Part shown: piece by piece, positions 8,865 through 17,836 of the stretch
Numbering within the stretch: the stretch's first letter is position 1
Layout: every line of letters starts with the position of its first letter
Assembly: GCA_050177605.1 (NCBI GenBank)
Contig: JBFXGX010000012.1
Coordinates: 1 to 51,139 of the forward strand
Direction: 5' to 3'
Length of the DNA: 51,139 bases
Source of the DNA: Candidatus Izemoplasmatales bacterium
GTDB lineage: Bacteria; Bacillota_I; Bacilli_A; Izemoplasmatales; Hujiaoplasmataceae
Notes under the pieces: generated by a model
Database searches by the model: none
Told to the model about the DNA's origin: nothing
What the model saw: only the letters and a program-made list of their open reading frames with translations
Translations under genes and position numbers: made by a program

Positions 8865-10265
8865 ATGGAGACATTGAAGAAACAACTTGTCATTATCGGA
8901 GCAGGGCCAGGTGGATATGTCGCTGCACTTCATGCCGCAAAAAAAGGTGTTCAAGTAGCTTTAATCGATGAATTATATATTGGAGGTACTTGCCTCAATG
9001 TTGGCTGTATACCTACGAAAGCATTAATTCATTCAACAAAGATCTTTTATCAAGCGCTACATTCAGCAGAACTAGGGATTGAACTAGAAAATGCTACTTT
9101 TCGTTTAGACCAAGCAGTTACGCATAAAGATTCTGTGATTGTCGATTTAGTGAAGGGAATCGAATTCTTATTAAAAAAATATCAAGTTGAAGTGATTCTT
9201 AGCAAAGCTTCTTTTGTTAATGACCACTTAATTCGTGTTTATCAGGACGGAATTGAAGTTTTGATTGAAGCTCAAGATATCATCATTGCGACAGGTTCAA
9301 GTAGTCGTCACTTACCGGTACCTGGTGTTGATTTAGAGAAGGTGTTTGATTCAACATCACTACTGAATAACAAAATCTTAATGAAAGACCTTACCGTCAT
9401 TGGTGGCGGTATCATCGGACTTGAATTTGCATTTATGTATGCTCAAATTGGAGTCAAAGTTGAAGTGGTTGAGTTTTTAGGACAAGTCCTTCCAATGATT
9501 GATAAAGATGTTACTTTAAGACTTCATCGATATATCAAACAATTAGGAATCAATTTAAATCTTAATAGTGGCGTTACAAAAATCGAACAATTAGAAGATG
9601 GACGTATGAGAACTTATTATACTCAAAAAGACGTTCTGAAATATGTAGACTCAGATTATGTACTAGAAGCGGTTGGAAGAAGCCCGAATTTACAATCCTT
9701 AGCGCTGGAAAATACATCTATTGAACATACAAAGTACGGAATTATTGTCGATGAAACGATGAAAACAAATGTTGATCATGTTTATGCTATTGGGGACGTA
9801 ACAGGAAAAATGCAACTAGCACATGTTGCATCTCATCAAGCCATAGTCGCCGTGGATCATATCCTTGGAAAGGTATCTTCAATGAAATACGACGTTGTTC
9901 CAAGTGTTATCTTTACAACACCGCAGATTGCTTCAGTAGGATTCAATGAACAACAACTTACCGAGAAAGAAATACCATATTCAGTTCAAAAAGTACCATT
10001 CTCAGCCAGTGGACGAAGTTTAGTAGAAGGTACGAGTACTGGGTTTATTAAATACCTTGTGTCTGAAAATCAAGAAAAGATTCTTGGAGCAACGGTTTTT
10101 GGCGATGATGCAGAACATCTTATTAGCGCCATTACAATGATGATGACCAATCATCTTTCTTTTGAAAAAATCAAAGAAACAATCTTTGCTCACCCAACAA
10201 CACAAGAGTTAATTCATGAAAGTGCTCTTGGATTTTTGAAAGAAGCAATTCATTTCGTTGAATAA
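8865..10265 (+). CDS. lpdA: Dihydrolipoamide dehydrogenase (E3)
   Basis: GAGPGG FAD motif, GGTCLNVGCIP redox disulfide, GGGIIGLE NAD motif, C-terminal HPTTQE; ATG 8865 after GAGG. Confidence 0.92.
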   Translation: METLKKQLVIIGAGPGGYVAALHAAKKGVQVALIDELYIGGTCLNVGCIPTKALIHSTKIFYQALHSAELGIELENATFRLDQAVTHKDSVIVDLVKGIEFLLKKYQVEVILSKASFVNDHLIRVYQDGIEVLIEAQDIIIATGSSSRHLPVPGVDLEKVFDSTSLLNNKILMKDLTVIGGGIIGLEFAFMYAQIGVKVEVVEFLGQVLPMIDKDVTLRLHRYIKQLGINLNLNSGVTKIEQLEDGRMRTYYTQKDVLKYVDSDYVLEAVGRSPNLQSLALENTSIEHTKYGIIVDETMKTNVDHVYAIGDVTGKMQLAHVASHQAIVAVDHILGKVSSMKYDVVPSVIFTTPQIASVGFNEQQLTEKEIPYSVQKVPFSASGRSLVEGTSTGFIKYLVSENQEKILGATVFGDDAEHLISAITMMMTNHLSFEKIKETIFAHPTTQELIHESALGFLKEAIHFVE

Positions 10266-10281
10266 TAATTTATGACATTGT

Positions 10282-10311
10282 TTGACATTATAAAATGTAC
10301 GTTTTATAATG
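10282..10311 (+). promoter_or_regulatory. Consensus promoter overlapped by a 26-bp near-perfect palindrome
   Basis: TTGACA (10282-10287)-17 nt-TATAAT (10305-10310); CATTATAAAATGT|ACGTTTTATAATG at 10286-10311. Confidence 0.75.
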
Positions 10312-10338
10312 AGTTTAAATTGGAAGGGAAGAAGACCC

Positions 10339-11448
10339 ATGGTATATTTAGATTATAGTGCTACGACACCCGTAAATCCTCATGTTTTAGAGCAATTCAC
10401 TAAGAATACAGTTCGTTTTTTTGCCAATCCAAATTCTATGCACCGATTAGGACAAGCTGCACTATTTGAGATTAATAAAGCAACTGAATCTATATTGAAT
10501 CTTTTCGGGCTTGATGACCACGAGTTAATCTATACTTCTGGCGCAACAGAAGCGAATAATCTAGCCATCAAGGGATATTGTATGAAACATCAAGAAGAAG
10601 GGAAACATATCCTTGTATCTCCTTATGAACATTCCAGTGTTGTCAGTGCTTTTAGACAATTATCGGATCTTGGTTTTGATATCGATGTAATTGAAGCGAC
10701 AAAAGATGGTTTAATTACACCTGATTTACTGAAGTCCTATATTCAAGAAGATACAATTTTTGTATCCATTGGGGCAATTAATAGTGAAACTGGTGTTTCT
10801 CAGGATATTGAAGGAATTGCTTCTTTTTTAAAGAACTATCCTCATCTCGTATTTCATACAGATGCAACACAAGCCATTGGAAAGAAAAAATACAATTTGA
10901 ATGATGTTGATATGATTAGTTTAGCTGCGCATAAGTTTTATGGTATGAAAGGGATCGGCTGTTTACTTCGAAAAAAGAGTGTTTTGATTGAATCTCAAAT
11001 TAGTGGTGGACATTCATTATCAATCTATCGTAGTGGTACCCCAGCTACACCCCTAGTATTATCATTAAAAGACGCACTTCAAGAAATTATGGCTACTTTC
11101 GATCAAGATTTGACTTATGTGACAAGGTTGAATAATTTACTTGTATCATCCTTAAAAAAACTTCCTCAAATTACGATTAACTCAACAAAGGATAGCGTTC
11201 CTCATATTCTTAATATATCAATATTAGGTCACAATTCTTCTGATGTTCAATCTTTCTTAAGCGATCAAGATATTTACGTATCAACACAAAGTGCATGTAG
11301 TCAAAATTCATCATTCTCTCAAATCATTTTTAAGATGACCGGGGATGAAGCACGTGCTCGTTCAAGTATTCGAGTTTCATTATCGCGATTAACGAAAGAA
11401 GAGGAAATAGAACGATTCATTCTTGCTTTAAAGGAGCTTTGCCAATGA
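10339..11448 (+). CDS. iscS: Cysteine desulfurase, IscS/NifS group I
   Basis: YLDYSATTP, TSGATEANN, HTDATQ, AHKF PLP lysine, RSGT, STQSACS catalytic Cys loop. Confidence 0.9.
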   Translation: MVYLDYSATTPVNPHVLEQFTKNTVRFFANPNSMHRLGQAALFEINKATESILNLFGLDDHELIYTSGATEANNLAIKGYCMKHQEEGKHILVSPYEHSSVVSAFRQLSDLGFDIDVIEATKDGLITPDLLKSYIQEDTIFVSIGAINSETGVSQDIEGIASFLKNYPHLVFHTDATQAIGKKKYNLNDVDMISLAAHKFYGMKGIGCLLRKKSVLIESQISGGHSLSIYRSGTPATPLVLSLKDALQEIMATFDQDLTYVTRLNNLLVSSLKKLPQITINSTKDSVPHILNISILGHNSSDVQSFLSDQDIYVSTQSACSQNSSFSQIIFKMTGDEARARSSIRVSLSRLTKEEEIERFILALKELCQ

Positions 11449-11708
11449 AAATAGTCCGATTCACTGCAATGTGGTGTAGTAGTTGCTTGATTATGAAAAA
11501 AAGATGGAAAAAAGTACTTCCTGATTTTGATGTAGAACTGATAGATTTTGATTATGATGAGGATGTTATTGAACGAGACAAATATCAAGTCGGAAATATT
11601 CTTCCAGTATTGATTGTCATCGATGAATCAAACCAAGAAGTCGCAAGAATTGTTGGTGAGATGAAAGAAAAAGTCCTTGAGGAGTCGCTAAGAAAGGTCA
11701 TTTTATGA
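11445..11708 (+). CDS. Small cytoplasmic thioredoxin-like protein
   Basis: FTAMWCSSC active site, cis-Pro-like ILPVL, no signal peptide; ATGA overlap with the iscS stop. Confidence 0.82.
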   Translation: MKIVRFTAMWCSSCLIMKKRWKKVLPDFDVELIDFDYDEDVIERDKYQVGNILPVLIVIDESNQEVARIVGEMKEKVLEESLRKVIL

Positions 11709-12916
11709 AAAAATACTTAAAGATATTACTTGCCGTTATCACGATATTTATCACCTTTGGGTTAAGTGTTTCATCGATCATGGCTGAAAATCAAATTACA
11801 CTCTATTTCTTTTATGATGATGCCTGTGTACATTGTTACCAAGAAGGACTAGTATTAGATAATATTGAGTCAAACTACGACAATGTTGTTATTCATCGAT
11901 ATGAAATTACTTCCGACGCAGGAAATGCCGATCTATTTGAAAATGTGAAAGCCATCTTTGATAATGAAGGGGTTTTAGCACCATATTTGGTTATTGGTGG
12001 GGTTGCACTCAGTGGTTTTAATGACCAAATAGAATCAGATATTTATACGATGATTGATTATTATCAAAACAATGAAATGGTTGATGTTGTCGCAAAATAT
12101 CTCCAAAACGAAGATATTTTAGCAACGGATATATTGAATATTGAAGACTTTCGTTCAAGTCAAGTAACGCTGCCTATTCTTGGAACAGTCAACCTCGATG
12201 AATTATCTTTGGGTATTGCGGCTGTAGTGATCGGGTTTGTCGATGGATTTAACCCTTGCGCTATGTGGGTGTTAATTTTCTTGATTACACTATTGATTAG
12301 GGAAAAGAATCGCAAGAAGATGTGGTTCTTAGGCGTTGCATTTTTATTAACCTCTGCCGTCATGTACTTCCTTGTGATGGCTGCTTGGCTCAATATTGCG
12401 ATCCAAATTTCAACTGTTATCTGGATACGCATTATCATTGGTCTGTTTGCGATTGGGTTCGGATTATACCACCTGATAAAATATATACAAAGCTTAAAGA
12501 AAAAAGATATTGGTTGTGAAGTAACGACTGAAAATCAAAAAATAAAAATCCTTGAAAAAGTCAAAAAAGTCGTTTTAGAAAAGAGTATATGGATAGCACT
12601 TATTGGCATCATGGCGCTCGCTGTTTCTGTCAATTTGGTTGAACTGGCATGTAGTGCAGGACTGCCTTTGCTGTATACACAAATATTGGCATATAACCAC
12701 CTACCTATGGCATCGTATTATGGCTACATTGGATTGTATATTTTATTTTTCTTAATTGATGATATTGTTGTCTTTGTTATAGCGATGATTACATTTGAAG
12801 CGACAGGAATATCAAATAAATACTCCCGAATTTCTACTGTTGTAGGAGCAATCATTATGCTAGTGATTGGGGTTTTATTAATCTTTTTCCCAAATATAAT
12901 TATGTTTAATTTATAA
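11705..12916 (+). CDS. Membrane redox protein: exported thioredoxin/glutaredoxin-like domain fused to a DsbD/CcdA-like TM domain
   Basis: Signal-like N-terminus, FFYDDACVHC, then about 6 TM segments with DGFNPCAMW and VELACSAG membrane cysteines; ATGA overlap with the upstream gene. Confidence 0.75.
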   Translation: MKKYLKILLAVITIFITFGLSVSSIMAENQITLYFFYDDACVHCYQEGLVLDNIESNYDNVVIHRYEITSDAGNADLFENVKAIFDNEGVLAPYLVIGGVALSGFNDQIESDIYTMIDYYQNNEMVDVVAKYLQNEDILATDILNIEDFRSSQVTLPILGTVNLDELSLGIAAVVIGFVDGFNPCAMWVLIFLITLLIREKNRKKMWFLGVAFLLTSAVMYFLVMAAWLNIAIQISTVIWIRIIIGLFAIGFGLYHLIKYIQSLKKKDIGCEVTTENQKIKILEKVKKVVLEKSIWIALIGIMALAVSVNLVELACSAGLPLLYTQILAYNHLPMASYYGYIGLYILFFLIDDIVVFVIAMITFEATGISNKYSRISTVVGAIIMLVIGVLLIFFPNIIMFNL

Positions 12917-12939
12917 CCCTTTCAAAAGAAAGGGTTTTT
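12915..12939 (+). terminator. Intrinsic terminator
   Basis: AACCCTTTC-aaaa-GAAAGGGTT-TTT. Confidence 0.8.
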
Positions 12940-13006
12940 AAATGCATTATCAAGACTGCTTATGCAAATATAGCGTATAATGATAGTGTATAAGAGGGGT
13001 GTTATT

Positions 13007-13912
13007 TTGAATCTAAAACCGATTATTGATAGTATTTTCAAAAGTTACCGGTTATTACCGATTGAAAAAGATCATTGTTCTTGTAGGCTGCCTTCGAATA
13101 GTGAAATCAAAGACATTGTTATGTTGTCGAAAGAATTGCTTTTCCCTGGTTATTTCAGTAAAAGAACTGTCGATGTTCATGGTGATTACCGTTATACAGC
13201 AAAAATAATTAAGAAACTTCATAAAAAATTAAAAGACCAAATATCGACTGCTTTATTATATCTAGCAGATAGTTCAAAGGATAAGGATATTAAGAAAAAA
13301 TCTTGTTCTTTATGTGTTGAATACATTAAACTCATCCCATCAATCAGAGAAACATTGCACACTGATTTAGAAGCACATTATTTAAGTGATCCAGCAGCTT
13401 TTAATAAAGATCAAATCGTCGTTAGCTATCCAGGATTTTACGCAATCACTGTACATCGTTTGGCACATGCACTTCATCTTCTTGGCGTTCCTGTATTACC
13501 AAGGATGATGTCGGAATTTGCTCATCGAGAAACGGGCATTGATATTAATCCAGCAGCTGAGATTGGTGAATACTTCTTTATCGATCACGGAACTGGTGTC
13601 GTGATTGGTGAAACGACAACGATTGGCCGAAATGTAAAAATATATCAAGGGGTTACTTTAGGTGCTCTCTCGCTTCGCGGAGGGCAAAACTTAAAAGGAA
13701 CGAAAAGACATCCGACCATCGAGGATAATGTCACTATTTACTCTGGCGCTTCCATTCTTGGAGGAAACACGGTAATTGGCGAAAATTCAACCATTGGAAG
13801 TAATGTCTATATAACAGGTTCACTTCCAGCGAATAGCAGAGTATCGATAAAAGTACCAGAATTAGTAATAAAAACATATACAAAGAAAGAAGATGAAAAA
13901 CATGTTGTATAA
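13007..13912 (+). CDS. cysE: Serine O-acetyltransferase (long form)
   Basis: DPAA, YPG, HRLAH, TGIDINP, FFIDHGTGVVIGET, KRHPTIED hexapeptide repeats. TTG 13007 after GAGGGG is preferred because ATG 12980 lies within a TATAAT box. Confidence 0.9.
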   Translation: MNLKPIIDSIFKSYRLLPIEKDHCSCRLPSNSEIKDIVMLSKELLFPGYFSKRTVDVHGDYRYTAKIIKKLHKKLKDQISTALLYLADSSKDKDIKKKSCSLCVEYIKLIPSIRETLHTDLEAHYLSDPAAFNKDQIVVSYPGFYAITVHRLAHALHLLGVPVLPRMMSEFAHRETGIDINPAAEIGEYFFIDHGTGVVIGETTTIGRNVKIYQGVTLGALSLRGGQNLKGTKRHPTIEDNVTIYSGASILGGNTVIGENSTIGSNVYITGSLPANSRVSIKVPELVIKTYTKKEDEKHVV

Positions 13913-14831
13913 TTCTATCGTTGAAACGATTGGGAATACACCACTCGTTCGACTTCAAAATTTGGAAAAGAAATTTAATACCTTGGCAAAGTTATATGCG
14001 AAAGTAGAGTTTTTTAATCCAGGAAGTTCTGTGAAAGACCGAATTGCTAATAATATGATTAAAGATGCGGAAGCCAAAGGCTTGTTAAAAAAGGGATCTA
14101 CAATCATTGAACCTACCAGTGGAAACACAGGAATAGGATTAGCGCTGATTGGAGCTGCGAAAGGTTACCAAGTGATTTTAGTTATGCCAGATACCTTATC
14201 TGTTGAACGAAGAAAAATCATGAAAGCTTATGGAGCTAAACTTGTTTTAACAGAAGGTGCCAAAGGAATGAAGGGGGCAATCGCAGAAGCAACGCGATTA
14301 TCAAATGAAACTCCAAATAGTTTTATGCCTTATCAATTTGAAAATCCTGCGAATCCTGCAGTTCATTACGAAACAACCGGACCAGAAATCTGGAAAGATC
14401 TAAATGGTGAAATTGCAGCTTTTGTTGCTGGAATTGGTACTGGTGGTACAATCAGTGGCACATCGAAATATATTAAAGAGAAAAAGAAAGATTTATACGT
14501 TGTAGGAATTGAACCTGAGGGTTCGAAAGTCATTACAGAAGGAACTCCTGGTCCACATAAAATTCAAGGGATCGGTGCAGGATTTATTCCAAAAACGCTT
14601 GATACAGAAATATATGATGAGATATTCATTGTAAGAGATGAAGAAGCGTTTGAATACGCAAGATATTTATCCTTATATGAAGGAATCTTTTCTGGAATCT
14701 CAGCGGGTGCTGCGCTTAAAACTGCAGTTGACATAGCTTCGAGAGAAAGATTTGCAGGGAAGAATGTCGTCTTTGTAATCCCAGATACTGGAGAACGTTA
14801 TTTATCCACCCCATTATTTGATGAAAAGTAG
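13893..14831 (+). CDS. cysK: Cysteine synthase A
   Basis: IGNTPLV, NPGSSVKDR (PLP Lys), EPTSGNTG, GIGTGGT, HKIQGIGAGF, DTGERYLST. Start 13893 or 13902. Confidence 0.95.
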   Translation: MKNMLYNSIVETIGNTPLVRLQNLEKKFNTLAKLYAKVEFFNPGSSVKDRIANNMIKDAEAKGLLKKGSTIIEPTSGNTGIGLALIGAAKGYQVILVMPDTLSVERRKIMKAYGAKLVLTEGAKGMKGAIAEATRLSNETPNSFMPYQFENPANPAVHYETTGPEIWKDLNGEIAAFVAGIGTGGTISGTSKYIKEKKKDLYVVGIEPEGSKVITEGTPGPHKIQGIGAGFIPKTLDTEIYDEIFIVRDEEAFEYARYLSLYEGIFSGISAGAALKTAVDIASRERFAGKNVVFVIPDTGERYLSTPLFDEK

Positions 14832-14853
14832 TATCTAAAGATACTATTTTTTT
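14828..14853 (+). terminator. Intrinsic terminator of cysE-cysK
   Basis: TAGTATC-taaa-GATACTA followed by T7. Confidence 0.7.
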
Positions 14854-14862
14854 ATAATCAAT

Positions 14863-14876
14863 TGAAAACGTTTTCA
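14863..14876. promoter_or_regulatory. cre/LacI-family-type operator palindrome
   Basis: Perfect 14-bp palindrome TGAAAACGTTTTCA fitting the CcpA cre consensus TGWAARCGYTWNCA. Confidence 0.55.
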
Positions 14877-14885
14877 TTAAAATAA

Positions 14886-14958
14886 CTAGCACTCATCTAT
14901 TGACACTGCTAACAGAAGTGATATAATATAATTAGCACAAGAGGAAGTAGAGTGCTAA
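14886..14958 (+). promoter_or_regulatory. hsp20 promoter with two CIRCE elements
   Basis: CTAGCACTC-atctattga-CACTGCTAA (14886-14912) containing TTGACA (14900-14905); TGaTATAAT (TATAAT 14922-14927); TTAGCACAA-gaggaagta-GAGTGCTAA (14932-14958). Confidence 0.88.
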
Positions 14959-14986
14959 TATAAGATATATTTAATGGAGGTATATG

Positions 14987-15406
14987 ATGAGTAATATTGT
15001 AAAAAGAACAAGTGAGTTCCCTTTGTTAGATGATTTCTTTGGAGATTTCTTTGCGAAACCAGTTTACAGAAGTAATAGTTCTTGTATGAGAACGGATATT
15101 CAAGAAGTAGAGAATGGTTATACACTAGATATTGATGTTCCAGGATTTGGAAAAGAAGATATCAAAATCAGTCTTGAAAATGGATATTTAACTGTTGAAG
15201 CTAAACATACAGAAGAAAAAGAAGACAAACAAGCACATTACTTACGCAGAGAAAGATTTTTGGGAAGCGCCGCAAGAAGTTATTATGTTGGTGATGACAT
15301 TGCTAAAGAAGACATCAAAGCAACTTACGAAAAAGGAATCTTGAATTTATTCATTCCTAAACAAGGGACAAACGTAAAATCAAAATCTTACATCACGATT
15401 GAATAA
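14987..15406 (+). CDS. Small heat-shock protein (Hsp20/alpha-crystallin)
   Basis: MRTDIQE, DVPGFGKEDI, YLRRER, ATYEKGIL; SD GGAGG; CIRCE-controlled. Start 14984 or 14987. Confidence 0.93.
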   Translation: MSNIVKRTSEFPLLDDFFGDFFAKPVYRSNSSCMRTDIQEVENGYTLDIDVPGFGKEDIKISLENGYLTVEAKHTEEKEDKQAHYLRRERFLGSAARSYYVGDDIAKEDIKATYEKGILNLFIPKQGTNVKSKSYITIE

Positions 15407-15414
15407 TTAGAAAG

Positions 15415-15483
15415 AAGTGCCACAATAACGTGGTGCTTTTTTTTATTCTTTCAAGATATTCTTTTAGTAGAATATCTTTTTTT
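15415..15483 (+). terminator. Two tandem terminator-like hairpins after hsp20
   Basis: AAGTGCCAC-aataac-GTGGTGCTT plus T run (15415-15444) and AAGATATTCT-tttagt-AGAATATCTT plus T run (15453-15483). Confidence 0.7.
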
Positions 15484-15526
15484 GTCTATGATTATGTTAT
15501 AATGGATAGTAAAAAGAGGGATGTTC

Positions 15527-17836
15527 ATGTTAAGTATTTTAAAGCCTTACTTAAGCAACAATTCAAACATCATAATATTAACAGAACGAGATAAAACTAG
15601 ACTAATTGAGGAAATGAACCAGTCCCATTTTTTTTGTTATGCAAAACTTATGTCAGTTCAGGATGTTTCATTACGTTTTTCAAATGAATATTATCTATAC
15701 TGTGAAGAGCGGTTTGGACTAAGCCCATTAATCAGCAATGCTTTTAGAACAGAGTTAAATTTCATTGATTTAGATCAAAAGTATCAATCGAAGAAGTTAC
15801 AAGACCTTCAAAACTATTATCAATCACTACATAACGATTCCATCATTCAACAACCCAATCCATTATTGTTTTTTGGAAAAAAAGTCATTGTGGTCGATTT
15901 AATAGAACGCATCCCTTTTCTTGATCTTCAAGGAATCTCATATGAAACCATTACAGTGATGAATCAAGAAAACTTTCGTCCTAGATTAATCACCGTCAAC
16001 AATGATGTTGAGATGATTCATCAAGCAATGGAAGAAGTATGTTCACTCTTATTTGAAGGCGTTTCACCTGAACATATATACCTTCTTAACGCGAAGTCAT
16101 CAGATTTATTTGAAATTAAAAAATATCTTTTTGATGCAAATATTCCATTTGCGATTCATTCGAGACAACGAATTGATATGTTTCCGTTATATCTTTCATT
16201 TATTCATGACTTAAAACAACTTTCCTATGAAACTGCAGTTCATAACCTTCTTGAAAGAGAGTGCAGTGTTCAAGAAGTTCAAATACGTTCAGCTATCCTT
16301 CAAATACTTGCGTTTTATGACGAAGAAAAATATTTATCGCATCCAACTTGTTTCTTCTATGAATTACAGAAACTAACTATTTCGAGTGCAAATTTGACAA
16401 ATGCCTTAACGATACTACTCGATGACACGACAAGTCTAAACAGTGAAGATTATGGGATTGTGCTGCATTTTAATGAAGGTTTGTATCCTAAAGTTAAAAT
16501 AGATGATGATTATATAAGAGATACTGAAAAAGAAGAATTAGGAATGAGAACAACATCCTTCTGTAACCAAACACGTCATAAAGAAGCGAGTTATTTTTTG
16601 TCAAGTAGTTCAAACATACAAGTGATTCACTATAAGAATGATCTGACAACAACATATCAGTTACCTGAACTAGGACTTGAATTTGTTAAAGATTCAATGA
16701 AAGAATCTTCTCTTTATACAATCTATCCTACGATGGAGGATTACTATCAACTATACTTAGGGAACAAAATTGACAAGGAACTTTATCATCCCAAATTCCA
16801 AGGAATTCATTCCTCTACTTTGGATCTATTACTTGCGAAAAATATCCATTTATCACAGACATCACTCAATGTCTTTTTTGAATGTCCTTTCCACTATTTA
16901 TTAACTTATTTGTTGAAATTTGACAGTTTTGAGACGACATTTTATTTATATTATGGAAATGTTATTCATAAATTAATTGAACAATATACAAAAAAAACTC
17001 CGACAGATTATCATCAACTTCTACTGGATTATCAAAAAGATTTTCCTGAGGAGGAAATCTATAAGTTTAGTCTATATATGCCGATACTAGAACAACGACT
17101 ACAGGATTTGGAAGCAGTAATGCCTGAAATTTCATTCGATGAAACATTCTCTGCAAGCGAGTCAGAAGTATCGCTAGGGTACCATCATGAACTCGATACT
17201 AGGTTTATCATGATTGGAAAGATTGACCAAGTATACTTATACACTGATAAAGACCAAACATATGCAATTATTGTTGATTATAAAACGGGAAATACTAGTT
17301 TTGACTATGAACAGATCACTTCCTTAAAACAGATTCAATTGCTCATGTATTATTACCTATATTTACATGAAAAAAGACAAGATGGGCATGAAGTTGGTGC
17401 AATGTATTACCAACAGGTTCACTTAAAAAGACAAAAGAGAATTGATGAAGGTTATAAATTAAGTGATTATGCCTATGATGGGATTACGATTGAATCATCT
17501 GTCGCAGAGCAAATTGTAACTCACGCAAAAGTAAGAGGAATTAAAGTAAAAAATGATGGTACATTTTCTGAGACAAAAAGACTCTTTTCAAAAGAAGATA
17601 TGAGAAACATCATCCAACAATTAGATCAAAAAATTACAGATACTATTCTTCAAATTAAAAATGGTCAGTTTGACATTACACCATATCCAGTAACACCTGG
17701 GACGAAAAAATCACCTTCTTGTGAATATTGTCCATATAAAAACATCTGTTATCTAGAAAGTAGTGTTCAATCCGTGTTCAGTGTAGATGATGAGGAAGAG
17801 GGTGATTACAGTGGAATTTACGAAAGCGCAGAATGA
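15527..17836 (+). CDS. addB: AddB/RexB-like subunit with a PD-(D/E)XK nuclease and Fe-S staple
   Basis: LSQTSLNVFFECPF, GKIDQV, IVDYKTG, IQLLMY, CEYCPYKNIC; directly upstream of and overlapping addA. Start 15521 or 15527; TGtTATAAT at 15495-15503. Confidence 0.82.
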   Translation: MLSILKPYLSNNSNIIILTERDKTRLIEEMNQSHFFCYAKLMSVQDVSLRFSNEYYLYCEERFGLSPLISNAFRTELNFIDLDQKYQSKKLQDLQNYYQSLHNDSIIQQPNPLLFFGKKVIVVDLIERIPFLDLQGISYETITVMNQENFRPRLITVNNDVEMIHQAMEEVCSLLFEGVSPEHIYLLNAKSSDLFEIKKYLFDANIPFAIHSRQRIDMFPLYLSFIHDLKQLSYETAVHNLLERECSVQEVQIRSAILQILAFYDEEKYLSHPTCFFYELQKLTISSANLTNALTILLDDTTSLNSEDYGIVLHFNEGLYPKVKIDDDYIRDTEKEELGMRTTSFCNQTRHKEASYFLSSSSNIQVIHYKNDLTTTYQLPELGLEFVKDSMKESSLYTIYPTMEDYYQLYLGNKIDKELYHPKFQGIHSSTLDLLLAKNIHLSQTSLNVFFECPFHYLLTYLLKFDSFETTFYLYYGNVIHKLIEQYTKKTPTDYHQLLLDYQKDFPEEEIYKFSLYMPILEQRLQDLEAVMPEISFDETFSASESEVSLGYHHELDTRFIMIGKIDQVYLYTDKDQTYAIIVDYKTGNTSFDYEQITSLKQIQLLMYYYLYLHEKRQDGHEVGAMYYQQVHLKRQKRIDEGYKLSDYAYDGITIESSVAEQIVTHAKVRGIKVKNDGTFSETKRLFSKEDMRNIIQQLDQKITDTILQIKNGQFDITPYPVTPGTKKSPSCEYCPYKNICYLESSVQSVFSVDDEEEGDYSGIYESAE

